From positions 1 to 16,923 of the forward strand of contig CAZPWM010000069.1 of NCBI GenBank assembly GCA_964590575.1: DNA of 16,923 bases, in the 5' to 3' direction. Numbering within the stretch: position 1 is the stretch's first letter; the number at the start of each line of letters is the position of its first letter. Source of the DNA: an uncultured archaeon (GTDB taxonomy: Archaea > Asgardarchaeota > Thorarchaeia > Thorarchaeales > Thorarchaeaceae). This document shows positions 8,114 through 16,865 of this stretch, in pieces. Made by a program: the position numbers and the translations under genes. The notes below the pieces were generated by a model, which had not been told where the DNA came from, made no database searches, and saw only the letters and a program-made list of their open reading frames with translations.

Positions 8114-8650
8114 TCACTCGGGATGATTTTGTTTCAGTCTTTCAATAGTTGCCCATGACTCTCTTGTCGTATGCTCAGAAGCCAGCCAGTCATAAAGAAC
8201 ACTATCCTGTACAAGTCGAAATGTTCTCTGTAGTAAGTTGATTGGAATTGCTATCTGGAATTGATGATCTGAAACAATGTGTTTCAGCATAACTCTCCAT
8301 GATGTCCTGAGGTTGATTCCCTTTTGCCCGGCATGTTTGATTCTATCAATTACACCAAAATCTTCGAGTAGTCTGAGTTGACGTCTTGTGCTCCTCTCAC
8401 CCACGTCTGAGAGTCTATTGATGTGTTGAAGAAGTAGAGGTCGATTATTGGTTAGCAAAGCGGGTAAAATGCCGCTCTCCAGTGTTATCCTTAATATACG
8501 AAAGAGGTCAGTAGTAATTTCTGACTTAGTTGCCGAACTTGTTCTATGATGTTCAATGATGTAGTGAAGGAGATACTCTATTCGAAGTATCTCATCTATG
8601 GATTTCTGCCCACCTTTCCAGCCTGCAATCGATGTGGTTTCCTTTTGCAA
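8114..8650 (-). CDS. winged-helix DNA-binding protein (putative regulator)
   Basis: HTH-wing pattern LSDVGERSTRRQLRLLEDFGVIDR. The TTG start is uncertain. Confidence 0.55.
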   Translation of the reverse strand: MQKETTSIAGWKGGQKSIDEILRIEYLLHYIIEHHRTSSATKSEITTDLFRILRITLESGILPALLTNNRPLLLQHINRLSDVGERSTRRQLRLLEDFGVIDRIKHAGQKGINLRTSWRVMLKHIVSDHQFQIAIPINLLQRTFRLVQDSVLYDWLASEHTTRESWATIERLKQNHPE

Positions 8651-8880
8651 TCAATATTCCTTGATTCTTGACCACAGGTTGCACGAACACTAACAATTGA
8701 TGATACTATTAGGTTAGGTATCTTCGCTCCACCTAACGATTTCAAGAAGAGAGCCGTTCTGAAACGATTGATGGTTAACAGACCATTGCTTGTTGCTAAA
8801 GCTGTAAGAAACCTAACTAAGGATAACGTTGAATTTGATGTGTGGTGGAATTGAGTTCGAATTACATTCTTGGAATATTC

Positions 8881-8894
8881 CGAAACCTCTATAA
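8881..8894 (+). promoter_or_regulatory. putative BRE/TATA promoter of tRNA-Lys
   Basis: CGAAA (BRE-like) followed by CTCTATAA, about 28 nt upstream of the tRNA 5' end. Confidence 0.55.
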
Positions 8895-8921
8895 CATGAA
8901 ATGGAGCAGATGCGAAAACAC

Positions 8922-8998
8922 GGGCCGGTGGCTCAGTCAGGTAGAGCGACAGGCTCTTAACTTGTTGGTCGCGGGTTCGAATCCCGCCCGGCCCGCCA
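8922..8998 (+). tRNA. tRNA-Lys(CTT), intronless, encoded CCA
   Basis: Full cloverleaf: acceptor GGGCCGG/CCGGCCC, D-stem GCTC/GAGC, anticodon stem ACAGG/CTTGT with loop CT-CTT-AA (anticodon 8956-8958), T-arm GCGGG-TTCGAAT-CCCGC, discriminator G, CCA. Confidence 0.97.
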
Positions 8999-9003
8999 TT
9001 GAC

Positions 9004-9010
9004 TCTTTTT
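9004..9010 (+). terminator. possible oligo-T terminator of the tRNA
   Basis: TCTTTTT begins 5 nt after the CCA. Archaeal intrinsic terminators are oligo-T tracts. Confidence 0.4.
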
Positions 9011-9063
9011 GCAGCTCCTCTTCAATCTGGCTAAGCCACTGGTCGTTCATTTTCAGATAGACT

Positions 9064-11214
9064 TCAACTAGTCCGTCCAGGAACGACACTGGATTGTTGA
9101 ACATGAATTATATTACGTGCTGCATTGATGTCAGCGTGGAAATGTTCATCACATTTTGAGCAGTAGAAGAACTCTCCTCCTTTTTTCTCGGATTGAGAGG
9201 CTACATCCACAACTCGAATCCCTCGTTCACCGCACTGATGGCAGGTCTGACTGGTGTATCTTGGGTTCACAGTCCACACACTGTATCTACAGTGGCCAAG
9301 GGACTCTCTCATGTATCTCACTGTTTCGATGATTTTTCCCCAGAGGTTCACTCCTAGAAACCAAGAGAGATTGTCCATACCTCCACGAGCTTGAAAGCTC
9401 CGAAGGTCTTCGAAGAACAACTTCTTTACTCTATGTTCTTCACAAAACCAGACAGTCCTTGAAGCAATCTGTCGGGCAATCTCTCGATCAAGACGACGAA
9501 ACTTACTCCACAGTGCACCAACATGTCTATCTCTCTTGAGAACAGGTGCTGGGTGTGACTGTCCTGACCGTTTCTTGTCCCAGTTATTCTTCTTTCTGTC
9601 CAGTTCAGAGGTTAGTCTTGAAGCATGCTTCCTGATTCGTTCTCTCTTCTCAACCAGATTTCCTACTGTGATGAGCATATCAACAAAGGAAGCATCTTTC
9701 TCAACAGACAGTGCCACAGGAGCTCGTATACCCCTATCAGCTCCAGCATGATTGTCATACTCTCGCTTCCCCATGATTAATGAGCTAACCTCACCATTAG
9801 GAGAGAGAAAAGGAATCTGGAGAGTGACTCTATTACCCCTGAGAAGGAGTCGTGGCGGAGCACTCCTGCGGGCATTCCTCAGTTGACTCACCCTTTGCTG
9901 TAAGAGGGTTATTTCTTCTGTGTCTGATTCGCTTCTTCCCTTCATCTTTGACAACTGATATGCAGAGTGTTGAAACTCAATCGTGTTCATCAGCTGATTA
10001 TACATGTCTTCGAACTTTGCTGCTCTGAATCTTAGTTGTTCTACTCTTTGACTGGCGCTAAAGTTCATTGCATCATCAGCTTTTTTCTTATCTGTAAAAC
10101 TTGCTCTTGGAAGCCAGTTCAAGAACCGAAACGTTAGTGTCCTTGAACCATATGGAGATTGCTCGTTATCCACTCCATCAATTCCAGGTGGGATCTTGAG
10201 ATGGAGGAGAATCTCGTTTTCCTTCTTCTCATCAACAGTGAACCAGTAACCTTGACTCACTGTATTCTCAGTTGATGCAGAGAAGTCCAAGCTGTAGTTC
10301 CTGAGTATTGGTACCGTGGACGGATACCCGTTCTTTTTCCAGCTTTGAACCTGACTCATAACGAGCTTTTCAACACTCTGCATCTCAGAGGAGTTCTCCT
10401 TCAATAGAGAGATTATCTTGGTCCGCTGATGTCTTCGCTGGTGAGTTTTGATGCCATGATGGTCGAGAATGTGACAATCGAGAGCAAATCGAATCTGCCG
10501 AAGAACTCCGAGAGCATAGTGGTATCCCGCACCATTGTTCCTCACAGCTTCGCACCGGTCCCTCACCTTTCTCAGTAGGAAGTTCGGGATTCTCTTCTTA
10601 TCTAGAAGAGATAGCACATTGTTGGTTGATTCACTCAGATAGGCGATTGCAGCCTTGACAAGTTGTCTTCTAGTCCAGTCTGTGAGGATGATCCTCCCAG
10701 CTTGTTCCAGGGCGTTTCTGTGGAGTCGACCATAGGTCAACTCCTTGAAGTCTTGGTTGTTCTGATAACAGATGTCTGGCTCACTCCTCAGAAGGTTGTA
10801 TGCACGACCTCGATATTCCGAGAGCTTCTTCCCAAGTTGTTCTGCATACTCTGTATTCTTGTAGACCTTCTCAAGAACAAGGTTGACAGTAGAAACATAC
10901 TGTTTGAAGGTTGACTCAAGGATACTAAGGTCGGTTTCCCGTACCTTCCTTCCTGTACTTCCAGCGATTGAGAGAATCTGTTGGGCACTACTTTTGCTCT
11001 TCTTTGAGAAGGAGGGGTCTGGTCGTCGGTTCTTTCCTTTTCGAGAGATGACTCTGTCAGAAGAATTGAGAGAGAATGACTCGACGAGGTACTTCAGACC
11101 AGTCTTCGGTGTTCCTGATGATGAGTATATAAATTTGTCATCAATTGTCTGTTGCTCTTCAGCCATAGACTGAGTCTGCTTCCGGTGATGACGCCGGATT
11201 GTTTCTTTTGTCAT
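9064..11214 (-). CDS. tnpB: large TnpB/Cas12-like RuvC nuclease (716 aa)
   Basis: RuvC-I AGADRG (D493), bridge-helix-like basic coiled segment, RuvC-II LFFEDL (E602), zinc ribbon VNPRYTSQTCHQC...CSKC, RuvC-III HADINAARNI (D695). GGTGA RBS at 11218-11222. Confidence 0.9.
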   Translation of the reverse strand: MTKETIRRHHRKQTQSMAEEQQTIDDKFIYSSSGTPKTGLKYLVESFSLNSSDRVISRKGKNRRPDPSFSKKSKSSAQQILSIAGSTGRKVRETDLSILESTFKQYVSTVNLVLEKVYKNTEYAEQLGKKLSEYRGRAYNLLRSEPDICYQNNQDFKELTYGRLHRNALEQAGRIILTDWTRRQLVKAAIAYLSESTNNVLSLLDKKRIPNFLLRKVRDRCEAVRNNGAGYHYALGVLRQIRFALDCHILDHHGIKTHQRRHQRTKIISLLKENSSEMQSVEKLVMSQVQSWKKNGYPSTVPILRNYSLDFSASTENTVSQGYWFTVDEKKENEILLHLKIPPGIDGVDNEQSPYGSRTLTFRFLNWLPRASFTDKKKADDAMNFSASQRVEQLRFRAAKFEDMYNQLMNTIEFQHSAYQLSKMKGRSESDTEEITLLQQRVSQLRNARRSAPPRLLLRGNRVTLQIPFLSPNGEVSSLIMGKREYDNHAGADRGIRAPVALSVEKDASFVDMLITVGNLVEKRERIRKHASRLTSELDRKKNNWDKKRSGQSHPAPVLKRDRHVGALWSKFRRLDREIARQIASRTVWFCEEHRVKKLFFEDLRSFQARGGMDNLSWFLGVNLWGKIIETVRYMRESLGHCRYSVWTVNPRYTSQTCHQCGERGIRVVDVASQSEKKGGEFFYCSKCDEHFHADINAARNIIHVQQSSVVPGRTS

Positions 11215-11391
11215 CAGTCACCACTCTCAATTTCTGACAGGATATTATATTCTCATTTAGTATATAAATTTACCAAGATTATGAAAAATAAAAGGTTAAA
11301 AATGGCATATTTCAGCAAATAGATGAGACTCAATAAGATAAACAAAATAGACATTACTCAATAAAATCAATATATATAAGATAATAATTCA
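11215..11391. promoter_or_regulatory. AT-rich divergent promoter region
   Basis: TTTATATA on the - strand (11261-11268) for the RuvC gene. TATATATA on the + strand (11371-11378) about 26 nt before ATG 11404. Direct repeat ACTCAATAA at 11328-11336 and 11356-11364. Confidence 0.65.
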
Positions 11392-14300
11392 ATGTTTGTT
11401 TTAATGAAAAACGCTGAATTCCCAAAAAACCCAGGGAGGGTTCTCACCAAAGCCCTCCAGTTAGGCCTCACAGCAGTGGCATATCTAGCGAGAACAAGAG
11501 TGACAAAGACCACAAGACACCTCTACTGGGGTGGGAAGGGGCGAAAGGGAATCAGACATATCCTGAAGGAAGGTCTCTCAGAGTACCGACAGTCTGTGAG
11601 GGAGAGAAGACCCGATGCAAAATACCTGCAACGAATCGAAAACAACGTCCGACGCAGCCACAACAAGATTGTCCTGAATGCATCGGTCCGTTATGGCAAT
11701 GTGGAAGAGAAGCGGAGGAGAAGGAACGAGGATCGAAAATACATCAATATCCTTGCAGATTACTATGGAGCAAAGATTAGAAACATTGGTGCAGTGGAGT
11801 TCTCCTTTCCAGAACCCATGTTGATGGAAGCCAGCGATGGCAGTAAGAAACGAGTCTACCCAGGAAACACTCGCGTGCCAGAGTATGTGCCGACCCACAC
11901 TGCTCCTGAGCTCGACTTCATGGATATGATCAGGGGCTACGGTATCGAACTCGCAAGACAGTGTATGAGATACTCTGTTCCAATGAGAGAGGCAAAGCGA
12001 TACCTTGACAGACTCATTAATCGCCTCATGCCATACCTCGAGTATGTATACACTGAGGGAAAGAGGGGAAAGAAGGGGTTCATTCATGGAGGTGCACAAG
12101 AGCTCAGGGAGATTGTCAGAGAGATTCAGGCACTCTACGGGGGTATGAATGGTAGACCACCATCAATCACTGGAGAGGTTTCAGGATATAGGCAAGTTGA
12201 AACATCAAAAATGCCTGATGCTTTGGATGTTTCAATTCCTGACGAATTCTTTCAATCATCCTTGGTAGAGGATGATGAGTCAAGGGAGGCGGATGTTTTA
12301 GATCCAAAGGATAAAAGTGAGGATGAGTTAGACACCTTCTTCTCTGATATCATATCCAAGTGTGATGTGAACCTGCATCCAGAGTGGAAACCGCATGTGG
12401 AAAAGATCCAATCACTGATTGATGAGAGGATACTCACTCGGACTGATGCGGAGAATGTGTTACAGAAACTGCTGGAAGACAGTAGGATGATGGGTTCAGC
12501 CTTCCATGACTTCATTGCTAATTCTGAATTCTCAGTCAGACCCTTCTCACTTTTTGCTCCAATCAGGCACGGGGACCAGATGGTCACTGAAGAAACCCCC
12601 TTCCTGTTCACTTGCGAAGTGACTATAGCCAACGGAAGAGGGCGGGTCGACATCCTCGTCTTTCGGAAAAAGAACCTAGAGAAGGCTGATGAGTCGAAAG
12701 AAGACACCATATGGGAACCGTTCATTCTCATCGAAGTCAAGACCAAGTGTTTCTATCAGCTTGATTTGTACGCGACAACGACGAGGTCTAAGGACAAGAG
12801 CTGTCGAGTCATAGAGCCAGTCATAGAGAGAAGAAAATCAGACGATTCTGAGTGGGAGGAGGTTATCAACTCAACACCGGATGACTATGGGAAGGACCAA
12901 CTGAAGGCGTACGAGAAAGAGGTGCTTTCTGCATACAATAGATTCGCACGGAGCGATTCCAACCCTCCTGATAGACTAATGAAAGGAGTGCTCATCGTTG
13001 ACCTGAAAGAGAACTGGGAAACTCTCAGGACGTGCATTAGAGATTTCATTCTTGAGGCTTATCACAAATATCAGAATGATGGTGATTCAGAAAGACAGTT
13101 CTTCTTTCCCATTTTTGAGGGGAGCAGTCCAAGAATGGGGCTTGTATTATACAGCGGCTGCAATACCAGAGATGCCACTCTAGTTGAGAGAGTTCAAGAG
13201 TTCAATCCCGTTCTATATTCAAGACAACGGGATGATGACAGAGAGTTTATTCTGTATCTCACAGTATCAGGGAAAGGGTCTCCCTCCGCATCTGCAGCAG
13301 GGATTGCAGCCAGATGGCATGGACTAAGTTTCATTCATGAACGAGTGAAAGGGAAACATAGAGATGTTGTGTGGTTTGATTTATCTGGCGAATTGAAGAA
13401 TCGGACATTAAGGAAACAAAGTTTTCGCGCTGGGCTTCAGTCAAAGAGTGTCCAGAGATTTCTGAGAGAAAGAATAACCTTTGCTGATGTGTCAGAGTCC
13501 TTCTCATCTTATGCCAATGGGATGCGTGCCCTTAATGCAATGATTGAAGAGATAGATGAAAATCTCAAAAACAAGAGTAAGCCCTTTATCGTTGTTACAG
13601 GTATGGATAGAATTAGAGCGACTATTCAAAGACAGAGGTTGCCTCTGCTTGATGAGTTTTTGTCTTGGATTCTCGAAGGACTGCCTTCTCATTCAACGCT
13701 ATTATGGTTTGACAGTCCTGTACCAGTGAGTAAGACGAGTCAAAAGTATGACACCCGATGCGTGGCACCATTCTATCCAAACAGTCCATGGGTTCGTTTC
13801 GTCGATGAGGTTGTCTACAATCTTCCTATGGCTCCAAGGAGATACGGGTCCTATGTTCCTGTAGAGGATGACATCAGATGGCTAGCGATTGAGAGTATAA
13901 ATAGCATCCAGATTGATTCTGTGTTGATTCCACCTCTATACAAGTGGGGAGAGAGATTCAGACCTGATAGTAATCGTGAAGAAAATATCGACAGTCGACA
14001 GGAGTTCTACTTGAGAGGCAACTATGCTTCCATAAGGCAGGGATATCGAACACACTACAGTGAGTCTGATCAAAACGAGATATTGGAGCTAGTCCCACAT
14101 CTTAGAAGGTTCTATCAGACATATGAACGGGAGGAGAGAAATATCACTATTCAGCAGAGAAAACTCCCGACAACAATCTCTAATGCACCATCCCTTCTTT
14201 CGAGGATCGTCTTCAGACCATATCAGTATTTGACCTCTGTTGATGCTGATGACCGTATCAAGAAACTTGACCCGTTAGCGAAGGTGAATCACGCACGAGA

Positions 14301-16797
14301 ATACAGAACGACTCGCCTATTTGAAAGATCTCCAAAACAGACCACGCGACCGCCGCATATCGGTCTATTACATTTCCAAGGCCTTGATAGGTTAGCCATA
14401 GTGAGAAAGGAACTTAGTGGGATCAGGCGGACATCCAAGATCATCACTAAGCGCTATGGCGAGAACAAAGAGTGGAAAGAGTTTCTCGACTCACTTGCCA
14501 GCCTTACTGAGAGAAAAGTGATTGACGAGTATTCGGAGAACGACACGTTCAATGTTCTGCGTGAGATCCGAGTGTTTCTTGAAACTCACGACTTTAGCAA
14601 TAGATTGTGGGTCGCTTTAAAGAAACAAAGGTCTTGGATTCCAGAGGGTCTATTAGAGGACCAAAAGACAGAACTGAAGAAGCTTCTTGATAAGGACCCA
14701 GACTTGTTGTTGATATTTGGCAATCATCTATTTCTTCTTCTCCTTACATCGCTATATGAGTCCCGAACATTAGATGTGCCAACAAACTCGTTGGAGACCC
14801 TTTGGCATTATCTTCTACCCTTTCAGTTGATGGGGATTGGGTTTGTTGCGAGGTATCACTCATATCATAACACAGGAGTGTCAATTCTTCATAGATCGAA
14901 ACTCATTGATCGCATGAAAACGAGATACGAGAGTTTGAAGCAAGTCTTTGGAGAAGAGCAAGTATCTGAAGTTCTCTTTGGTCGGGTGTGTCTTGTAGAG
15001 GAGCACGATAATGAGAGTCCGCAACACATCCTTCTCGCATTCCAAACAAGACCCAATAGCCTTGAGATGAATGTGATTTATCTCAAACTTCCACACGAGA
15101 TTAGTGGATCAACATATGAAGTTCTGAGGAGTTTCTGCAAGGATAGACCTTTCTGGGGAGCTAGCGACCTAATCCTGCTCAGAGAGTTGTCGGAGAGGGT
15201 TGAACCAGAAAGAGGCATAGATATCATGATTGCAACTCAACGAGGGATTCGAGGTCTTTGGGTCCATGATGATAAGACTCAGACTTGGCAACCAATAGGG
15301 AGAGTTGACTACTACACACGAAAGCATGAAGCAGTCACACTTCTCATGTCGATGATTTTGAGAGAAGACCCAACTCTTATTCAAGTGGCGAGAGCTACTG
15401 TCAGGGAACCACCTGGTAATCTTGAAGATTCGATCAGAGTTGGACTGGGTCTTATTTCAACAGTATATCGTGATGTAGTTCATGTCAAGTGTTGTGTTCA
15501 TCTTGAAAGTGATACCCGAATGTTTAGACTCTCAATAATGGACTTGGACAGTGAAGATGAGATAGCGCATTTGATGATTTCAGACGCTGTGGATGTGCTT
15601 GAACTTCTTCGACGACCCGATTTTTCATGTGAGCCAGTAGTGATTGATGGGAATCACTATGTATGGAACAGGTTTTCTGACATCGAATTCGATGAGGAAA
15701 CAAAAATCCTACGGCCTTTTGTTGTTAGGCAGGACCCTTTTAAAACTAAATCGATACTATTTCCTCCTACAGCTGAATCATTCCATGAGATTGAGAAGAG
15801 CACTTCTCTAAAAGTCAAAATCAGTCATGATTACCATGTTTGCCCACTTAGAAATCGAAATCTTGGAGCAATAACTAAGCAATCCGATGCTACTGAGAAG
15901 ATTGTTGAATATCTAGAAGATACGGATGGTCCCCCGGGACAACCAGAGTCACTATTCAATGAGTCAATATTCAGACATGGCTCCTGTTGGAGCATATCGT
16001 TCCATCCTGATGACCAAGCCCCGAAAGAAATCAAGGAACTAGAAGAAATCAAGTTCACTGGTCCAATACTCGCCACATTTCTTGAAACCGGTGCAATCTC
16101 ATATCGTACTCAGGATGACCAGTGGGTAGTGCATGATATTCTGATTCCAGAGTCTAAAAACTTGCCAAAGGAGTTCAGAGAGTCGATATATCTAATGCGG
16201 TGGAGAAGAGAGAGAGCTGCATATCCCGGTTTATACCTTCTTGAGGGATGGAGTCCTGAAATATCGATTTTCGAGGAAAGAGTTGAGTTCAGACTTGTAT
16301 CCGAGCTCACACCCCAAAAGAAAGTTCACACGGTATTCAGACCGAGAGTTGAGATGATCGAGAGAAACCATCTGTATCAGCTCTTAAAAGAGGGTATGGA
16401 GGTAGTACTTGATCAAGCGGGGTTCTCTGATAACACTCTAATGAAGCAGCTTGTTGAAGAGGAGATTAGAAACCATCTATCACTGATAGAAGAGAGGCCC
16501 ACTACAAAACTTCAGCTGGAATCGGTTGATATCGCAACTGACAATGCTGGAGGGAAAGTAGTAGAGGCAATCTTTGTCACTGACGAGGGAGAGTATGTTT
16601 CAATTCAGGTGACTCAATGGATACATGTCTATCAAAACTGGACAGAGATGGCAGGAGGGATTGGTGCTGATGTGATAGAGGGGGAAGTTGAAAACGCCTT
16701 AGATGGTCGAGGCATTGGGATTGAATTGATTAATCGAATCATAGAAGACGTGAAAGATATACTGATGGAAAAAGGAGTAGTCATCCTCGAATCATAA
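11392..16797 (+). CDS. giant multidomain protein: PD-(D/E)XK (RecB/Cas4-like) nuclease + degenerate RecA/KaiC-like domain + unknown regions
   Basis: Uninterrupted 1801-codon ORF. Nuclease motifs in canonical order: GSAFH (368-372), E409, GRVD420, IE448VK450, Q503LKAY. ATPase-like remnants: LTVSGKGSPS (~627), VVWFDLSGE, FIVVTGMD (~732). The true start may be ATG 11404. Confidence 0.75.
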   Translation: MFVLMKNAEFPKNPGRVLTKALQLGLTAVAYLARTRVTKTTRHLYWGGKGRKGIRHILKEGLSEYRQSVRERRPDAKYLQRIENNVRRSHNKIVLNASVRYGNVEEKRRRRNEDRKYINILADYYGAKIRNIGAVEFSFPEPMLMEASDGSKKRVYPGNTRVPEYVPTHTAPELDFMDMIRGYGIELARQCMRYSVPMREAKRYLDRLINRLMPYLEYVYTEGKRGKKGFIHGGAQELREIVREIQALYGGMNGRPPSITGEVSGYRQVETSKMPDALDVSIPDEFFQSSLVEDDESREADVLDPKDKSEDELDTFFSDIISKCDVNLHPEWKPHVEKIQSLIDERILTRTDAENVLQKLLEDSRMMGSAFHDFIANSEFSVRPFSLFAPIRHGDQMVTEETPFLFTCEVTIANGRGRVDILVFRKKNLEKADESKEDTIWEPFILIEVKTKCFYQLDLYATTTRSKDKSCRVIEPVIERRKSDDSEWEEVINSTPDDYGKDQLKAYEKEVLSAYNRFARSDSNPPDRLMKGVLIVDLKENWETLRTCIRDFILEAYHKYQNDGDSERQFFFPIFEGSSPRMGLVLYSGCNTRDATLVERVQEFNPVLYSRQRDDDREFILYLTVSGKGSPSASAAGIAARWHGLSFIHERVKGKHRDVVWFDLSGELKNRTLRKQSFRAGLQSKSVQRFLRERITFADVSESFSSYANGMRALNAMIEEIDENLKNKSKPFIVVTGMDRIRATIQRQRLPLLDEFLSWILEGLPSHSTLLWFDSPVPVSKTSQKYDTRCVAPFYPNSPWVRFVDEVVYNLPMAPRRYGSYVPVEDDIRWLAIESINSIQIDSVLIPPLYKWGERFRPDSNREENIDSRQEFYLRGNYASIRQGYRTHYSESDQNEILELVPHLRRFYQTYEREERNITIQQRKLPTTISNAPSLLSRIVFRPYQYLTSVDADDRIKKLDPLAKVNHAREYRTTRLFERSPKQTTRPPHIGLLHFQGLDRLAIVRKELSGIRRTSKIITKRYGENKEWKEFLDSLASLTERKVIDEYSENDTFNVLREIRVFLETHDFSNRLWVALKKQRSWIPEGLLEDQKTELKKLLDKDPDLLLIFGNHLFLLLLTSLYESRTLDVPTNSLETLWHYLLPFQLMGIGFVARYHSYHNTGVSILHRSKLIDRMKTRYESLKQVFGEEQVSEVLFGRVCLVEEHDNESPQHILLAFQTRPNSLEMNVIYLKLPHEISGSTYEVLRSFCKDRPFWGASDLILLRELSERVEPERGIDIMIATQRGIRGLWVHDDKTQTWQPIGRVDYYTRKHEAVTLLMSMILREDPTLIQVARATVREPPGNLEDSIRVGLGLISTVYRDVVHVKCCVHLESDTRMFRLSIMDLDSEDEIAHLMISDAVDVLELLRRPDFSCEPVVIDGNHYVWNRFSDIEFDEETKILRPFVVRQDPFKTKSILFPPTAESFHEIEKSTSLKVKISHDYHVCPLRNRNLGAITKQSDATEKIVEYLEDTDGPPGQPESLFNESIFRHGSCWSISFHPDDQAPKEIKELEEIKFTGPILATFLETGAISYRTQDDQWVVHDILIPESKNLPKEFRESIYLMRWRRERAAYPGLYLLEGWSPEISIFEERVEFRLVSELTPQKKVHTVFRPRVEMIERNHLYQLLKEGMEVVLDQAGFSDNTLMKQLVEEEIRNHLSLIEERPTTKLQLESVDIATDNAGGKVVEAIFVTDEGEYVSIQVTQWIHVYQNWTEMAGGIGADVIEGEVENALDGRGIGIELINRIIEDVKDILMEKGVVILES

Positions 16798-16865
16798 TGA
16801 ACCGCATATCCATGATATCGATTATACGTGTCTTCAGTTCATAGGTGATTTTAATGAAGACCCAG

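Noticed and set aside
6746-8840. 13-bp direct repeat GTTGAATTTGATG (6746-6758 and 8828-8840) as a target-site duplication
   Set aside because: A 13-bp AT-rich match is roughly expected by chance in 17 kb. No element ends or transposase lie between the copies, and the first copy is inside a probable coding start.
8842-9060. 72-aa ORF
   Set aside because: Overlaps the tRNA-Lys gene and its promoter, so it is spurious.
9064-11391. Complete IS200/IS605 or IS607 element
   Set aside because: No TnpA gene and no convincing left-end hairpin could be found by eye.
9536-16310. Short ORFs inside the RuvC gene and the 1801-aa gene
   Set aside because: Shadow ORFs on the opposite strand or an alternate frame, without motifs.
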